The notes beneath the pieces were generated by a model. That model saw only the letters and a program-made list of their open reading frames with translations, made no database searches and had not been told where the DNA came from. A stretch of 64,000 bases of DNA, taken from contig CAMDPO010000006.1 of the NCBI GenBank assembly GCA_945904955.1, positions 6,232-70,231 of the forward strand, read 5' to 3'. Every line of letters starts with the position of its first letter. Position 1 is the stretch's first letter. The translations under genes and the position numbers were made by a program. Of this stretch, positions 40,687 to 51,955 are shown one piece after another. The stretch is from Rhizobium sp. Q54 (GTDB lineage Bacteria > Pseudomonadota > Alphaproteobacteria > UBA2966 > CAIVPW01).

Positions 40687-41421
40687 ATGAAAGCTGAACC
40701 CCTAGCGACGACGGTCGATTCCGCGGAGATCGCCAAGTTCTCCGGCCTCGCCGGAACTTGGTGGGACCCGACCGGCCCCATGGCGCCGCTGCACGCGCTC
40801 AATACCGCCCGCATCCGCTACCTGCGCGACCAAGCGTGCGCCCATTTCGGCCGGGACGCCCGGGCAACCCAGCCGCTCGTCGGCCTGCGGGTGCTGGATG
40901 TCGGGTGCGGGGCCGGCCTGCTGGCCGAGCCGCTGACCCGCCTTGGCGCAAGCGTGACCGGCGTGGACGCCTCTGCCGAGGCGATCGCGGCGGCCCAGCG
41001 CCACGCCGAGGGTGGCGGCCTTGTCATCGATTACCAGGTCGGCGGCGCCGCCGCGGCGGAGGGTATCTTCGACGTCGTCGTGACCATGGAGGTCGTGGAG
41101 CACGTGCCCAACCTCGACGCGTTTGTCGCCGAGGCGGTGGCGCCGCTCAAAGCCGATGGCCTGTTCGTCGCGGCAACCCTCAACCGCACGCCCAAGGCAT
41201 TCGCTCTCGCCATCGTCGGCGCTGAGTACCTGTTGCGCTGGCTGCCGCGCGGCACCCACGACTGGCAGAAGTTCGTGCGGCCATCCGAACTCGCCCGCGC
41301 GCTGCGCACGCTCGACCTGCACGTGCGCGATGTGAGCGGCGCAACGTTCGATGCAGCAACAGCGACCTTCGCCCTGTCGCGCGACGTGGACGTGAACTAC
41401 TTGTTGAGTGCGAGCCGCTAG
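40687..41421 (+). CDS. ubiG: Bifunctional 2-polyprenyl-6-hydroxyphenol / 3-demethylubiquinol O-methyltransferase
   Basis: Start MKAEPLATTVDSAEIAKFSGLAGTWWDPTGPMAPLH at 40687, SAM motif VLDVGCGAGLL, EHVPN. Confidence 0.9.
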   Translation: MKAEPLATTVDSAEIAKFSGLAGTWWDPTGPMAPLHALNTARIRYLRDQACAHFGRDARATQPLVGLRVLDVGCGAGLLAEPLTRLGASVTGVDASAEAIAAAQRHAEGGGLVIDYQVGGAAAAEGIFDVVVTMEVVEHVPNLDAFVAEAVAPLKADGLFVAATLNRTPKAFALAIVGAEYLLRWLPRGTHDWQKFVRPSELARALRTLDLHVRDVSGATFDAATATFALSRDVDVNYLLSASR

Positions 41422-41428
41422 AGAACGA

Positions 41429-41845
41429 CTAGGCGTCGCTCCGGTGGCGCCAGGGAATCTCGCCGAACTCGATCCCCTCGTCCTTCATCTCGGCGGCCTC
41501 CTGGTCGGTGGCGCGGCCGTAGATGTTGCGCGTCGACGTTTCACCGTAGTGAATCTTGCGCGCTTCCTCGGCGAAGCGAGGGCCGACGTTGTCGGCGTTC
41601 TTCTCGATGAACGCCTGCATGTTGGTCAGCATGCGTACGGCGTGCGCCGCGAGTTCCTTGCGCCGGGCGGCGTCGCCTTTGCCGGTCGACACATTGGGGG
41701 CCATCGGCGCGCGCTCGACGCGCACGTCGCCGCACACCGGGCAAGAAATCTCGCGCTTCTTGGCTTGCGCCTCGAACGCGGATGAGTCCGGAAACCACGC
41801 CTCGAACACGTGATCGTGCGAGCAGCGTACGTCGTACACGACCAT
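41429..41845 (-). CDS. DUF1178 family protein
   Basis: MVVYDVRCSHDHVFEAWF....CPVCGD zinc-ribbon start and a conserved tail (IHYGE...IYG.A). Confidence 0.85.
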   Translation of the reverse strand: MVVYDVRCSHDHVFEAWFPDSSAFEAQAKKREISCPVCGDVRVERAPMAPNVSTGKGDAARRKELAAHAVRMLTNMQAFIEKNADNVGPRFAEEARKIHYGETSTRNIYGRATDQEAAEMKDEGIEFGEIPWRHRSDA

Positions 41846-41939
41846 GCAAGCCTCGCCGAACTAGTTGACCCCCACTCGAAATACCGCGCCGACGGGCAGC
41901 GGACAAGGCGGAACGCCAAAAATGGCAGGGAGGCCACCG

Positions 41940-42770
41940 TTAACCAACATCGCCGCGGACATTGAATGGACGGTCGTGCGCAAGCGCTGGAATGCGGCCG
42001 CGCGCTTCGGCGACGCGCGCCGGATCGATAGTGGCCGTGACGATGCCCGGCTCGTCCCCTGCATCGGCGAGCACCTCCCCCCATGGCGCCACGATCAGCG
42101 CATGGCCGTACGTTCGCCGGCCACCGGGATGCACGCCCGTCTGGGCGGGCGCGACGACGAAGCAACCGGTCTCGATGGCGCGGGCGCGTAGCAGCACATG
42201 CCAGTGCGCCGTGCCTGTGATCTCGGTGAACGCCGACGGGACCGCCAGCAGGCCCGCGCCAGCCTTGGCAAGCGCGCGGTACAGATGCGGAAAGCGCACG
42301 TCGTAGCAGACGGAAAGCCCAAGCTTCAGCCACGGCAAGTCGGCGACTACCGCGTCGGCGCCCGCGCCGAACGTTTCCGACTCGCGATACTTACGATCCG
42401 GCAGATCTACGTCGAAAAGATGGATCTTGTCGTAGCGCGCCGTGACGGCGCCTTCGGGATTCAGCAGCAACAGGCGATTGGCGATTTTGCCGTCGTCGCG
42501 GCGCACCGCGAACGACCCGGCCAGCACCCAGCGGTGCGCGCGTCGCGCCGCATCGCGCAGCGCCGCAATACCCGCGTGCGCGTCCTCCGGAAATGCCTGG
42601 TGCGGGATGTCCTTCGTCGTCTCCGCCATCAGCACGACATTCTCCGGCAAGGCGATGAGGTCGGCCCCGCGCCGCGCCGCCTCGGCAACGGCGGCGGTCG
42701 CCGCGGCAATGTTGGCCTGCATGTCGCCGCCGGCATTGAGCTGCACGCAGGCAACTGTGAATGCGCTCAC
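41940..42770 (-). CDS. Carbon-nitrogen hydrolase (nitrilase superfamily)
   Basis: GTG start at 42770 (VSAFTVACVQL). Glu-Lys-Cys triad contexts LIALPE, YDKIHLF, GLSVCYDVRFP. GTGA overlap with the comF stop. Confidence 0.85.
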   Translation of the reverse strand: MSAFTVACVQLNAGGDMQANIAAATAAVAEAARRGADLIALPENVVLMAETTKDIPHQAFPEDAHAGIAALRDAARRAHRWVLAGSFAVRRDDGKIANRLLLLNPEGAVTARYDKIHLFDVDLPDRKYRESETFGAGADAVVADLPWLKLGLSVCYDVRFPHLYRALAKAGAGLLAVPSAFTEITGTAHWHVLLRARAIETGCFVVAPAQTGVHPGGRRTYGHALIVAPWGEVLADAGDEPGIVTATIDPARVAEARGRIPALAHDRPFNVRGDVG

Positions 42771-43546
42771 GAGCTGCTCTCGCGTGCGACGCGCGCCAGC
42801 GTCAGGACGTCGACATGGGCCGCGCCCGCCGCGACAAGAATGGCGGCGCACGCTTCGACGGTCGCGCCGGTGGTCATGACGTCGTCCACCAGCACGATGC
42901 GCCGGTCGCGGATGTTGGCCACTCGGCGCGGCCGCATCCGGAATGCGCCGCGCACGTTAGCGAGGCGCGCGGATCGACTCAGTGCGCCTTGGGTCGGCGT
43001 GTTGCGGGTGCGCTGCAGGGCGTCGCTGAGGACAGGCTTGCCCGTGACCCGGGCGATGGCGTGGGCAAGCAGCGCCGACTGGTTGTAGCGGCGATGGAAC
43101 AGCCGCGCCGGATGCAACGGCACCGGCACCAGACAGTGGGCTTCCGCAAGGAGCTCGGCGCCCGCACGTGCCAGCCACCCACCGAACGCCGGCGCCGCAT
43201 CGGTGCGGTCCCCGTGCTTGAAGGCGAGCACCGCCTCGCGGCTGGCGTCGTCGTAGACCATGACGGCGCGCGCCTTGCGGTAGCGCGGCGGTTCGCGGAT
43301 GCAGTCGGCGCAGAGCAGCGCCCCTCCGCCGCCCACGTCGAAGGCGAACGGCAGTCCGCAGCAGCCGCACATCGGCTCGGCGACAAACCGGATGCGCGCC
43401 CAACACGGCCCGCATAGCTGGGCCTGGCGCTCTACGGTCGCCTCGCATGTCAGGCAGCGCGGCGGCAGCAAGGTGTCGAGGGCCAGCCGTCCCAGGCGCA
43501 CCAGCATCGAGTCGCGCGACGGGCGCAGGGATAGGCCGAGGGTCAT
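42767..43546 (-). CDS. comF: ComF family phosphoribosyltransferase-domain protein
   Basis: N-terminal Cys4 (PPRCLTC...CGPCW, CGCC...CADC) and PRTase loop VLVDDVMTTGAT. ATG (MTLGLSL) at 43546. Confidence 0.85.
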   Translation of the reverse strand: MTLGLSLRPSRDSMLVRLGRLALDTLLPPRCLTCEATVERQAQLCGPCWARIRFVAEPMCGCCGLPFAFDVGGGGALLCADCIREPPRYRKARAVMVYDDASREAVLAFKHGDRTDAAPAFGGWLARAGAELLAEAHCLVPVPLHPARLFHRRYNQSALLAHAIARVTGKPVLSDALQRTRNTPTQGALSRSARLANVRGAFRMRPRRVANIRDRRIVLVDDVMTTGATVEACAAILVAAGAAHVDVLTLARVARESSS

Positions 43547-43580
43547 TTCGGGATTATCCCCCGGTGCGCTAGATAAAGCG

Positions 43581-44438
43581 ATGGAGGAGCCCTTCGATCG
43601 GCGCGCCGTGCGCCGCCATCGCGACCGCGCCGCCGCCACCCTCGGCGGTCACGACTTCCTGTTGCGCGCGGCCGTCGAGCGCCTTGCCGAGCGCGTCGCC
43701 GAGAGCGGCCGGCGCTTCCCGTCCGTGCTGGTACTCGGCGCCGCGGGCGGCCTGCTGCGCGATGCCGTCCAGCCGCACGCCGATGCGGTGGTCGAGGCCG
43801 ACCTGTCGTTCGGGATGCTGCGAGGGCCAGGCGTTGTCGCGAGTGAAGAGCTGTTGCCGTTCGCGCCCGGCGCTTTCGACCTGATCGTCAGCGCTCTCGT
43901 GCTGCACTGGGTCAACGACCTGCCCGGCGCGCTGGTGCAGGCGCGGCGCAGCTTGCGCCCGGACGGAATGTTCCTCGCCAGCATGCTGGGCGGCGAGACG
44001 CTGCGCGAGTTGCGCGCCGCGCTGCTGAGCGGCGAGTCCGAGTCGCGCGGCGGCGCCAGCCCACGCGTCTCCCCCTTCGTCGACGTGCGCGACGCGGGCG
44101 CGCTGTTGCAGCGCACGGGCTTCGCGCGCCCGGTCGCCGACGTCGAAACCATCGACGTGACCTACGCGGACCCGTTGCGCCTGATGGCGGAGCTGCGCGG
44201 CATGGGCGAGACCAACGCGCTCCGCGACCGGCCACGCGCCTTCACGCCGCGCTCGACCCTGATGGCGGCCGCGGCCGCGTATCGCGCCCACTCGGGCGAC
44301 GCCGGCGGCCGCATTCGCGCGACCTTTCAGCTCGTCACCCTGACAGGGTGGGCCGCAGCGCCGCGTACGCCGCCAGAAGCGCCAACAGAGGAACGTCCGC
44401 CGGCGGCAAGGTTGCCGCGTCGATTGCGTCCGGCCTGA
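43581..44438 (+). CDS. Class I SAM-dependent methyltransferase (BioC-like)
   Basis: Start MEEPFDRRAVRRHRDRAA at 43581, VLVLGAAGG, FDLIVSALVLHWVNDLPG. The last ~35 aa overlap the convergent NUDIX gene. Confidence 0.8.
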   Translation: MEEPFDRRAVRRHRDRAAATLGGHDFLLRAAVERLAERVAESGRRFPSVLVLGAAGGLLRDAVQPHADAVVEADLSFGMLRGPGVVASEELLPFAPGAFDLIVSALVLHWVNDLPGALVQARRSLRPDGMFLASMLGGETLRELRAALLSGESESRGGASPRVSPFVDVRDAGALLQRTGFARPVADVETIDVTYADPLRLMAELRGMGETNALRDRPRAFTPRSTLMAAAAAYRAHSGDAGGRIRATFQLVTLTGWAAAPRTPPEAPTEERPPAARLPRRLRPA

Positions 44439-44760
44439 GCCAGCGCAGACGCTGTCCTTCGCGCGGCGTCAGCGCGCCGCGCCAGGCGCGCACCAGGAAC
44501 AGCGGCATGAGCAGGTGGAAGTCCGCGTAGGCGTGTGACGCGAACGTCAGCGGTAACAGCGCATCGCGCGCCACCGTGATGCCGAGCTCCTCGTCGAGCT
44601 CGCGCATCAGCGCCGCCTCCGGCGTCTCGCCTTCCGCCACCTTGCCGCCCGGGAATTCCCACAAGCCGGCCATCGACTTGCCGGCAGGCCGCTCGGCGAG
44701 CAACACGCGATGCTCGTCGTCGAACAGCGCGGCCGCGACAACCAGCACGACGCGCGTCAT
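44335..44760 (-). CDS. mutT: NUDIX hydrolase, MutT-like
   Basis: Start MTRVVLVVAAALF at 44760. Nudix box GLWEFPGGKVAEGETPEAALMRELDEELG. Confidence 0.85.
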   Translation of the reverse strand: MTRVVLVVAAALFDDEHRVLLAERPAGKSMAGLWEFPGGKVAEGETPEAALMRELDEELGITVARDALLPLTFASHAYADFHLLMPLFLVRAWRGALTPREGQRLRWLRPDAIDAATLPPADVPLLALLAAYAALRPTLSG

Positions 44761-45281
44761 GCGTGCCGCGCCAGATCGTAGCGGCGTACACGGCGGTTGC
44801 CGCCGCGCTCGGGCGCATCGATGTCGAACTCGCCCCGCACCTGAAAGCCGAGCTTCTCCAGCACGCGGACAGAGGCAGCATTCTCGACGAAGAGCCCGGC
44901 GCGCAGGTTGTCGATGGCCTTCGTGGCGAACACATGGGCGATGAACGCGCGCGCCGCCTCGGTGGCGTAGCCGTTGCCCCAGAACGGCCGGCCGATCCAA
45001 TAGGCGATGCACGCCTCGCCGTTGCGCTCGAACAAATCGATAGCGCCGATCAGCGTGGCGCTCTCCGTGACTTCGATGGCCTTGCGGGAGAGGACGCGAT
45101 CACACGCCATCTGGTCCGGGTCCTGGGCGAGCCATTCGTCGGCGTCCGCTACCGTGAACGGAAACGGCAGCGCCGCGGTGTTCTTGATCAGCTCCCAGTC
45201 GTTGAGCAGTGCGACGAGCGCGGGCCCCTCCCCACGCGGCGGCCGCAGGGTCAGGCGCGCCGTGCGGATGTCAGCTGCCAC
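44757..45281 (-). CDS. GNAT family N-acetyltransferase (RimJ/RimL-like)
   Basis: TARLTLRPP start region and the acetyl-CoA loop WGNGYATEAARAFIAHVF. ATGA overlap with the mutT start. The GTG start at 45281 was chosen to avoid argJ. Confidence 0.8.
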   Translation of the reverse strand: MAADIRTARLTLRPPRGEGPALVALLNDWELIKNTAALPFPFTVADADEWLAQDPDQMACDRVLSRKAIEVTESATLIGAIDLFERNGEACIAYWIGRPFWGNGYATEAARAFIAHVFATKAIDNLRAGLFVENAASVRVLEKLGFQVRGEFDIDAPERGGNRRVRRYDLARHA

Positions 45282-45294
45282 GGACGACCCGTCG

Positions 45295-46530
45295 TCACGA
45301 CCGATACGACGCGTTGATGCGGATGTAGTCGTAGCCAAGGTCGCACGTCCACACCGTGAACTTGCCCTTGCCGACGCCGACGTCGACATAAAAGTCGAGC
45401 TCCTGACCCTTCATGTAGGCGGCGACCGGCGCCTCATCGTAGCCCGGCACGACCGCGCCCTTCGCCGCCACCGGATGCGGCCCGAAGGCGATCTTCAGCT
45501 TGTCGCGGTTGGCCTTCTCGCCCGACTTGCCGACGGCCGCGACGATGCGCCCCCAGTTCGGGTCCTGGCCGTGCAGCGCCGTCTTCACCAACGGCGAGTT
45601 GGCGATCGACATGCCGATCGCCTTGGCGGCTTTCGGCGAAGCGGCGCCGGACACGTGGATGGCGGCGAACTTGGTGGCGCCCTCGCCGTCCCGTACGATC
45701 TGCAGGGCGAGGTCGAGCATGCATTCGTGCAGCGCGCGCTTGAAGTCGCGCAGGTGACGATCGGATGCCGACTTCACCGCCGGGTGCTTGGCACCCATGC
45801 CGGTGGCGAACACCAGCAGCGTGTCCGACGTGGACGTGTCGGAATCGACGGTCGTGGCATTGAACGTCGTCGCACACGATTCCGTTACGAGCTTCTGCAG
45901 CACCGCAGCCGGAATGCGCGCGTCGGTGAAGCAGAACGCGAACAGCGTCGCCATGTCGGGCGCGATCATGCCCGAGCCCTTGGCGATGCCGTTGATGGTC
46001 ACCGTCGCGTCGCCGATGCGGGCCGTACGCGTCACGCCCTTCGCGAAAGTGTCGGTGGTGCGGATGGCATTGGCGGCGTCCGGCCAGCCGGCGTCGGCGA
46101 GCTTCGCCACCGCGCCGGGCACGGCCGCTTCGATCTTGTCGACCTTGATGAGCTCCCCGATGGTGCCGGTCGATGCGACAAACACCTCGGTTGCCTTGCA
46201 TCCGATCGCATGCGCCACGGCGATGGCCATCCGCTTCACTGCGGCAGCGCCGGCCTTGCCGGTGAACGCGTTGGAGTTGCCGGCGTTGGCGACCAGCGCC
46301 CGCGCCTGTCCCCGATCCAGCACCGCGCGGCACCACTCGACCGGACCCGAAGCCGTCTTGGAGCGCGTCAGCGCACCGGCGACTTGTGTCTTGGGCGCCA
46401 CCTCGACGACGAGCAGATCAGGGCGCGCCTTGTAGCGGATACCGGCCTCGGCGACCGCGAGGCGCACGCCCGCAATGGGAGGGAGCGAGGGAAATCCGGC
46501 TGGGGCGAGCGGCGAGGGGTTGGGCGGCAT
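45295..46530 (-). CDS. argJ: Bifunctional glutamate N-acetyltransferase / amino-acid acetyltransferase
   Basis: Start MPPNPSPLAPAGF at 46530. Autoprocessing site context MATLFAF (DMATL), NANAFTG, NWGRIVAAVG. Confidence 0.95.
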   Translation of the reverse strand: MPPNPSPLAPAGFPSLPPIAGVRLAVAEAGIRYKARPDLLVVEVAPKTQVAGALTRSKTASGPVEWCRAVLDRGQARALVANAGNSNAFTGKAGAAAVKRMAIAVAHAIGCKATEVFVASTGTIGELIKVDKIEAAVPGAVAKLADAGWPDAANAIRTTDTFAKGVTRTARIGDATVTINGIAKGSGMIAPDMATLFAFCFTDARIPAAVLQKLVTESCATTFNATTVDSDTSTSDTLLVFATGMGAKHPAVKSASDRHLRDFKRALHECMLDLALQIVRDGEGATKFAAIHVSGAASPKAAKAIGMSIANSPLVKTALHGQDPNWGRIVAAVGKSGEKANRDKLKIAFGPHPVAAKGAVVPGYDEAPVAAYMKGQELDFYVDVGVGKGKFTVWTCDLGYDYIRINASYRS

Positions 46531-46705
46531 GACGAGACAGACAGGTATTCGAGGGGCCCGGGCGGTTGCGCGCGGGTTTGTACTGCTCGAATCCCCCAGC
46601 GGCAAGGCCGGGAACGGGCCTTTTCCAGGGTCCGGTTCGTTGACAGGATGCCAGGGCCCGCTTATCTGAGGGGGACTTCCTTTCCCCCAAACTCCCAGCG
46701 GCTCC

Positions 46706-49405
<2,700 letters not shown>

Positions 49406-49418
49406 GCCGTACTCGCCA

Positions 49419-49440
49419 CCCGGAGAAATCCGGGAACCTT
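49419..49440 (+). terminator. Weak hairpin after secA
   Basis: CCCGGA-GAAA-TCCGGG followed by AACCTTTTCC. The stem is short, so confidence is low. Confidence 0.3.
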
Positions 49441-49500
49441 TTCCGACCTCGACACATCCAATGGGCACGGGCGCACGGCGCGCCCGCCCTTGGAGGTTTC

Positions 49501-49920
49501 ATGAAGTTCCACTCCCTCGGCTCTCTCGCTCTCGCTACCGCCCTCGTCGTGGCGTTCCCCGCCGTCGCGCAGCAGGTGACTCAGGCGCCGCCCGCCGGCG
49601 CCTACAAGAAGGTGAGCGAGCTGGTGCGCTTGCCCGACTTCCTGCCGGGTCTCGGCCAGCTCTACGTCGATCCGGCGACCCTGCCCGCCGGTCCGTTCCT
49701 CGCCTACGACCGCCAGGGCCGTCTGGTCAGCACGGTCTACATGATCCCGGTCGAGGATCTGAATCCCGACAAGACCTTCAGCGACCTCGCAGCACCGGGC
49801 GGCAACGTCGATCACGTCGATGTCTACTTCAACGCCGGCCATCCCGGTGTCGAGAAGCCGCACGCCCACGTGGTGATGTGGCATGTGCCGAAGGCCGACG
49901 AAGCGCGCGTCGCGCAGTGA
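49501..49920 (+). CDS. Small secreted protein of unknown function, His-rich C-terminus
   Basis: SD ggagg 6 nt upstream. Signal MKFHSLGSLALATALVVAFPAVA. C-terminal DHVDVYFNAGHPGVEKPHAHVVMWH. Confidence 0.7.
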   Translation: MKFHSLGSLALATALVVAFPAVAQQVTQAPPAGAYKKVSELVRLPDFLPGLGQLYVDPATLPAGPFLAYDRQGRLVSTVYMIPVEDLNPDKTFSDLAAPGGNVDHVDVYFNAGHPGVEKPHAHVVMWHVPKADEARVAQ

Positions 49921-50311
49921 CGTTACGGCACAAGATTGGCCGCCGCGGCATGCTGCGCATCGGGGGCGGCTTGCTCGCCGCCCACGCGATGCTCCGCCAG
50001 ACCCTCGACGCACGCGTCGCACGCGGGGCGGGCGCGCGGGGAGCGCACGGACGCCGTCGCCTTCGCCGACCTGTTCCCCTTCGACGGCGCGCGCTGCGAG
50101 CGCATCGCCGATCTCGTCGTCGAGCGCCCGCGCCACCGGGGAAGCCTCTCGGTGCCTGCTCCGGCCTGATTCCTTGCCGCGCCTCGCCGGGATGCTATGA
50201 TCCGGCGCAGGGGGACGCTTCCGCTCCAATCAGGCCACCGAGACGCCCGCGGCATGGGCCCGTGACCCGGCTGGAGCATCGACGGCGCTGTGGCGCCAAG
50301 CAGCGCGAACG

Positions 50312-51955
50312 ATGGCGCCAGTAATTCGGGCACGGCGAGTCCCAGGTCTAGTCCTCGCAGCCCTACTCCCACTTCTGACAATTCACACCCCGGCAGGTGC
50401 GCAGGCGACCTTGCCGGCGCCGCGCGGCTTTGCGCCGGCTGATGTGGGCGGGATGACGAACACCTGGCCGTTCATCGACACCAAGTTCACGACCGCCGGC
50501 GAACGTCTCGGTGACGGTCGCGCCGAAGCGACGGTGAAAGCCCTCGCCGACGAGATCGCCTACTCCGCGCGCTTCCTGCCCCGCGCACCGGCACCGCTGA
50601 TCGCCGCCGGGGCGGTCGAACGGCCGCCAGCGGATACGACGTTGTGGCCCGACGCGATCGCCGCCGATGTGTTCGCGCGTCCGGCCGCGCGCAACGACGC
50701 GGCGCTGTGGATCTTGGACGGGCGCGCCGAGCGCGCGCTCCACCAAGCCAACGCGCGCGCCCTCACCGACTTGGCGACCGCGATCGAGCGCGCGCCGACG
50801 GCCGACGTCGCGGTCTACTGGCCGAGCCCGGACTTCGTCGTGCGCACCGCGGCGCGCGGTATCGTCAGCGCCATCGAGACGCGCCTACGCCAGCGCAACG
50901 AACGCACGCAGTGCACCGAGCCGACGTGGTGCGCGGTGATGGAGGCGGTCGAGAAGAAGGCGGCGGCCGATGCCACCACGGCGCCGATCGAGGAGGCGGT
51001 CGCCAACTACTTCTTCGAGGCGGCGCGCGGCGGCTCGTACACGGCAAGCACGCGTGAGCAGCAGAACGAGCGCCGCGTACGCGCCGAGGAGCGGGCCGCG
51101 CTCGGCCTACGTACGACGAGCGCTCCCGGCGCCACATCCGCGGCCTTGCCCTGGGAGATGCGGCTCCTGCTCAGCGGCATCATCGGCGAGATGCGCGAGA
51201 CCACCCATCCGACGCCCCTGTGGCCGATGCGCCTCGAGACCGCGGCGATCAACGGCCTGCAGCCAGCGCGCGGCGGACTGCAAGGCTTCGACCTCGAAGG
51301 CATCGCCGTGACTCGCTACGGCGTCGCCGCCAGTGGCGCGAGCGGCGTGTTCGAGCTTGCCGCCGCCTTGACGTTCATCGACGCAGCGGCACGGCGCGTA
51401 TCCTACTCGGTGGTCGCGCGTTTCTCATTCGAGGGCGAAGCAATCGTCATCACCTCGGCCGACGTCGCTGCGATCGCTCTCCAAAGCCCCGCCGTGCACA
51501 TCGCCTTCGTGCCGGCATCCGCGCTGGAGCGCGTCGAGCGCAACGCGGGAGGCGCGGCATTGGTTCGTTCGGTCGCCGGCGCGGCCGACCGGCGCGGGAT
51601 CGGCATTCCCGTGGAACACTACGCATTCGTGCTGGTCCTCGACCGCGTCGGGCCCGATGCGCGCTTCGGCCTCCGCACCAGCGACACCGCCGCCGGCATT
51701 GCCGGCTACCCCGGCATGCCGACTGTCCTCGATCTGGATGGATGGCGCGTGCTCGTCGAGCGCGCGACGTTTGCGTTGGGCGCGGCGCCGCCGTTTCACT
51801 TCAAGGCCGTCTATCAGCCGAACCCGGGTGCTCCTGCGGCACTGCTCGCGTCGGTGTCGACGTTGCTCGGCACGAACGCCGCCGCCGCCAACGCGGCCGC
51901 CGCACCGCTGCGCGAACCTGCCGCCGGCGCGTTCCCCAATCGGGTGCGCCGGTGA
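50312..51955 (+). CDS. Secreted protein of unknown function (paralogous C-terminal domain with the next gene)
   Basis: Signal MAPVIRARRVPGLVLAALLPLLTIHTPAGAQA. 547 aa, balanced composition, no motif I recognise. Confidence 0.75.
   Translation: MAPVIRARRVPGLVLAALLPLLTIHTPAGAQATLPAPRGFAPADVGGMTNTWPFIDTKFTTAGERLGDGRAEATVKALADEIAYSARFLPRAPAPLIAAGAVERPPADTTLWPDAIAADVFARPAARNDAALWILDGRAERALHQANARALTDLATAIERAPTADVAVYWPSPDFVVRTAARGIVSAIETRLRQRNERTQCTEPTWCAVMEAVEKKAAADATTAPIEEAVANYFFEAARGGSYTASTREQQNERRVRAEERAALGLRTTSAPGATSAALPWEMRLLLSGIIGEMRETTHPTPLWPMRLETAAINGLQPARGGLQGFDLEGIAVTRYGVAASGASGVFELAAALTFIDAAARRVSYSVVARFSFEGEAIVITSADVAAIALQSPAVHIAFVPASALERVERNAGGAALVRSVAGAADRRGIGIPVEHYAFVLVLDRVGPDARFGLRTSDTAAGIAGYPGMPTVLDLDGWRVLVERATFALGAAPPFHFKAVYQPNPGAPAALLASVSTLLGTNAAAANAAAAPLREPAAGAFPNRVRR

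Noticed and set aside
39335-40700. Lysine riboswitch (L-box) ahead of lysC
   Set aside because: The lysC-ubiG divergent spacer is only about 130 bp, and I saw no L-box-like multi-stem conserved segments.
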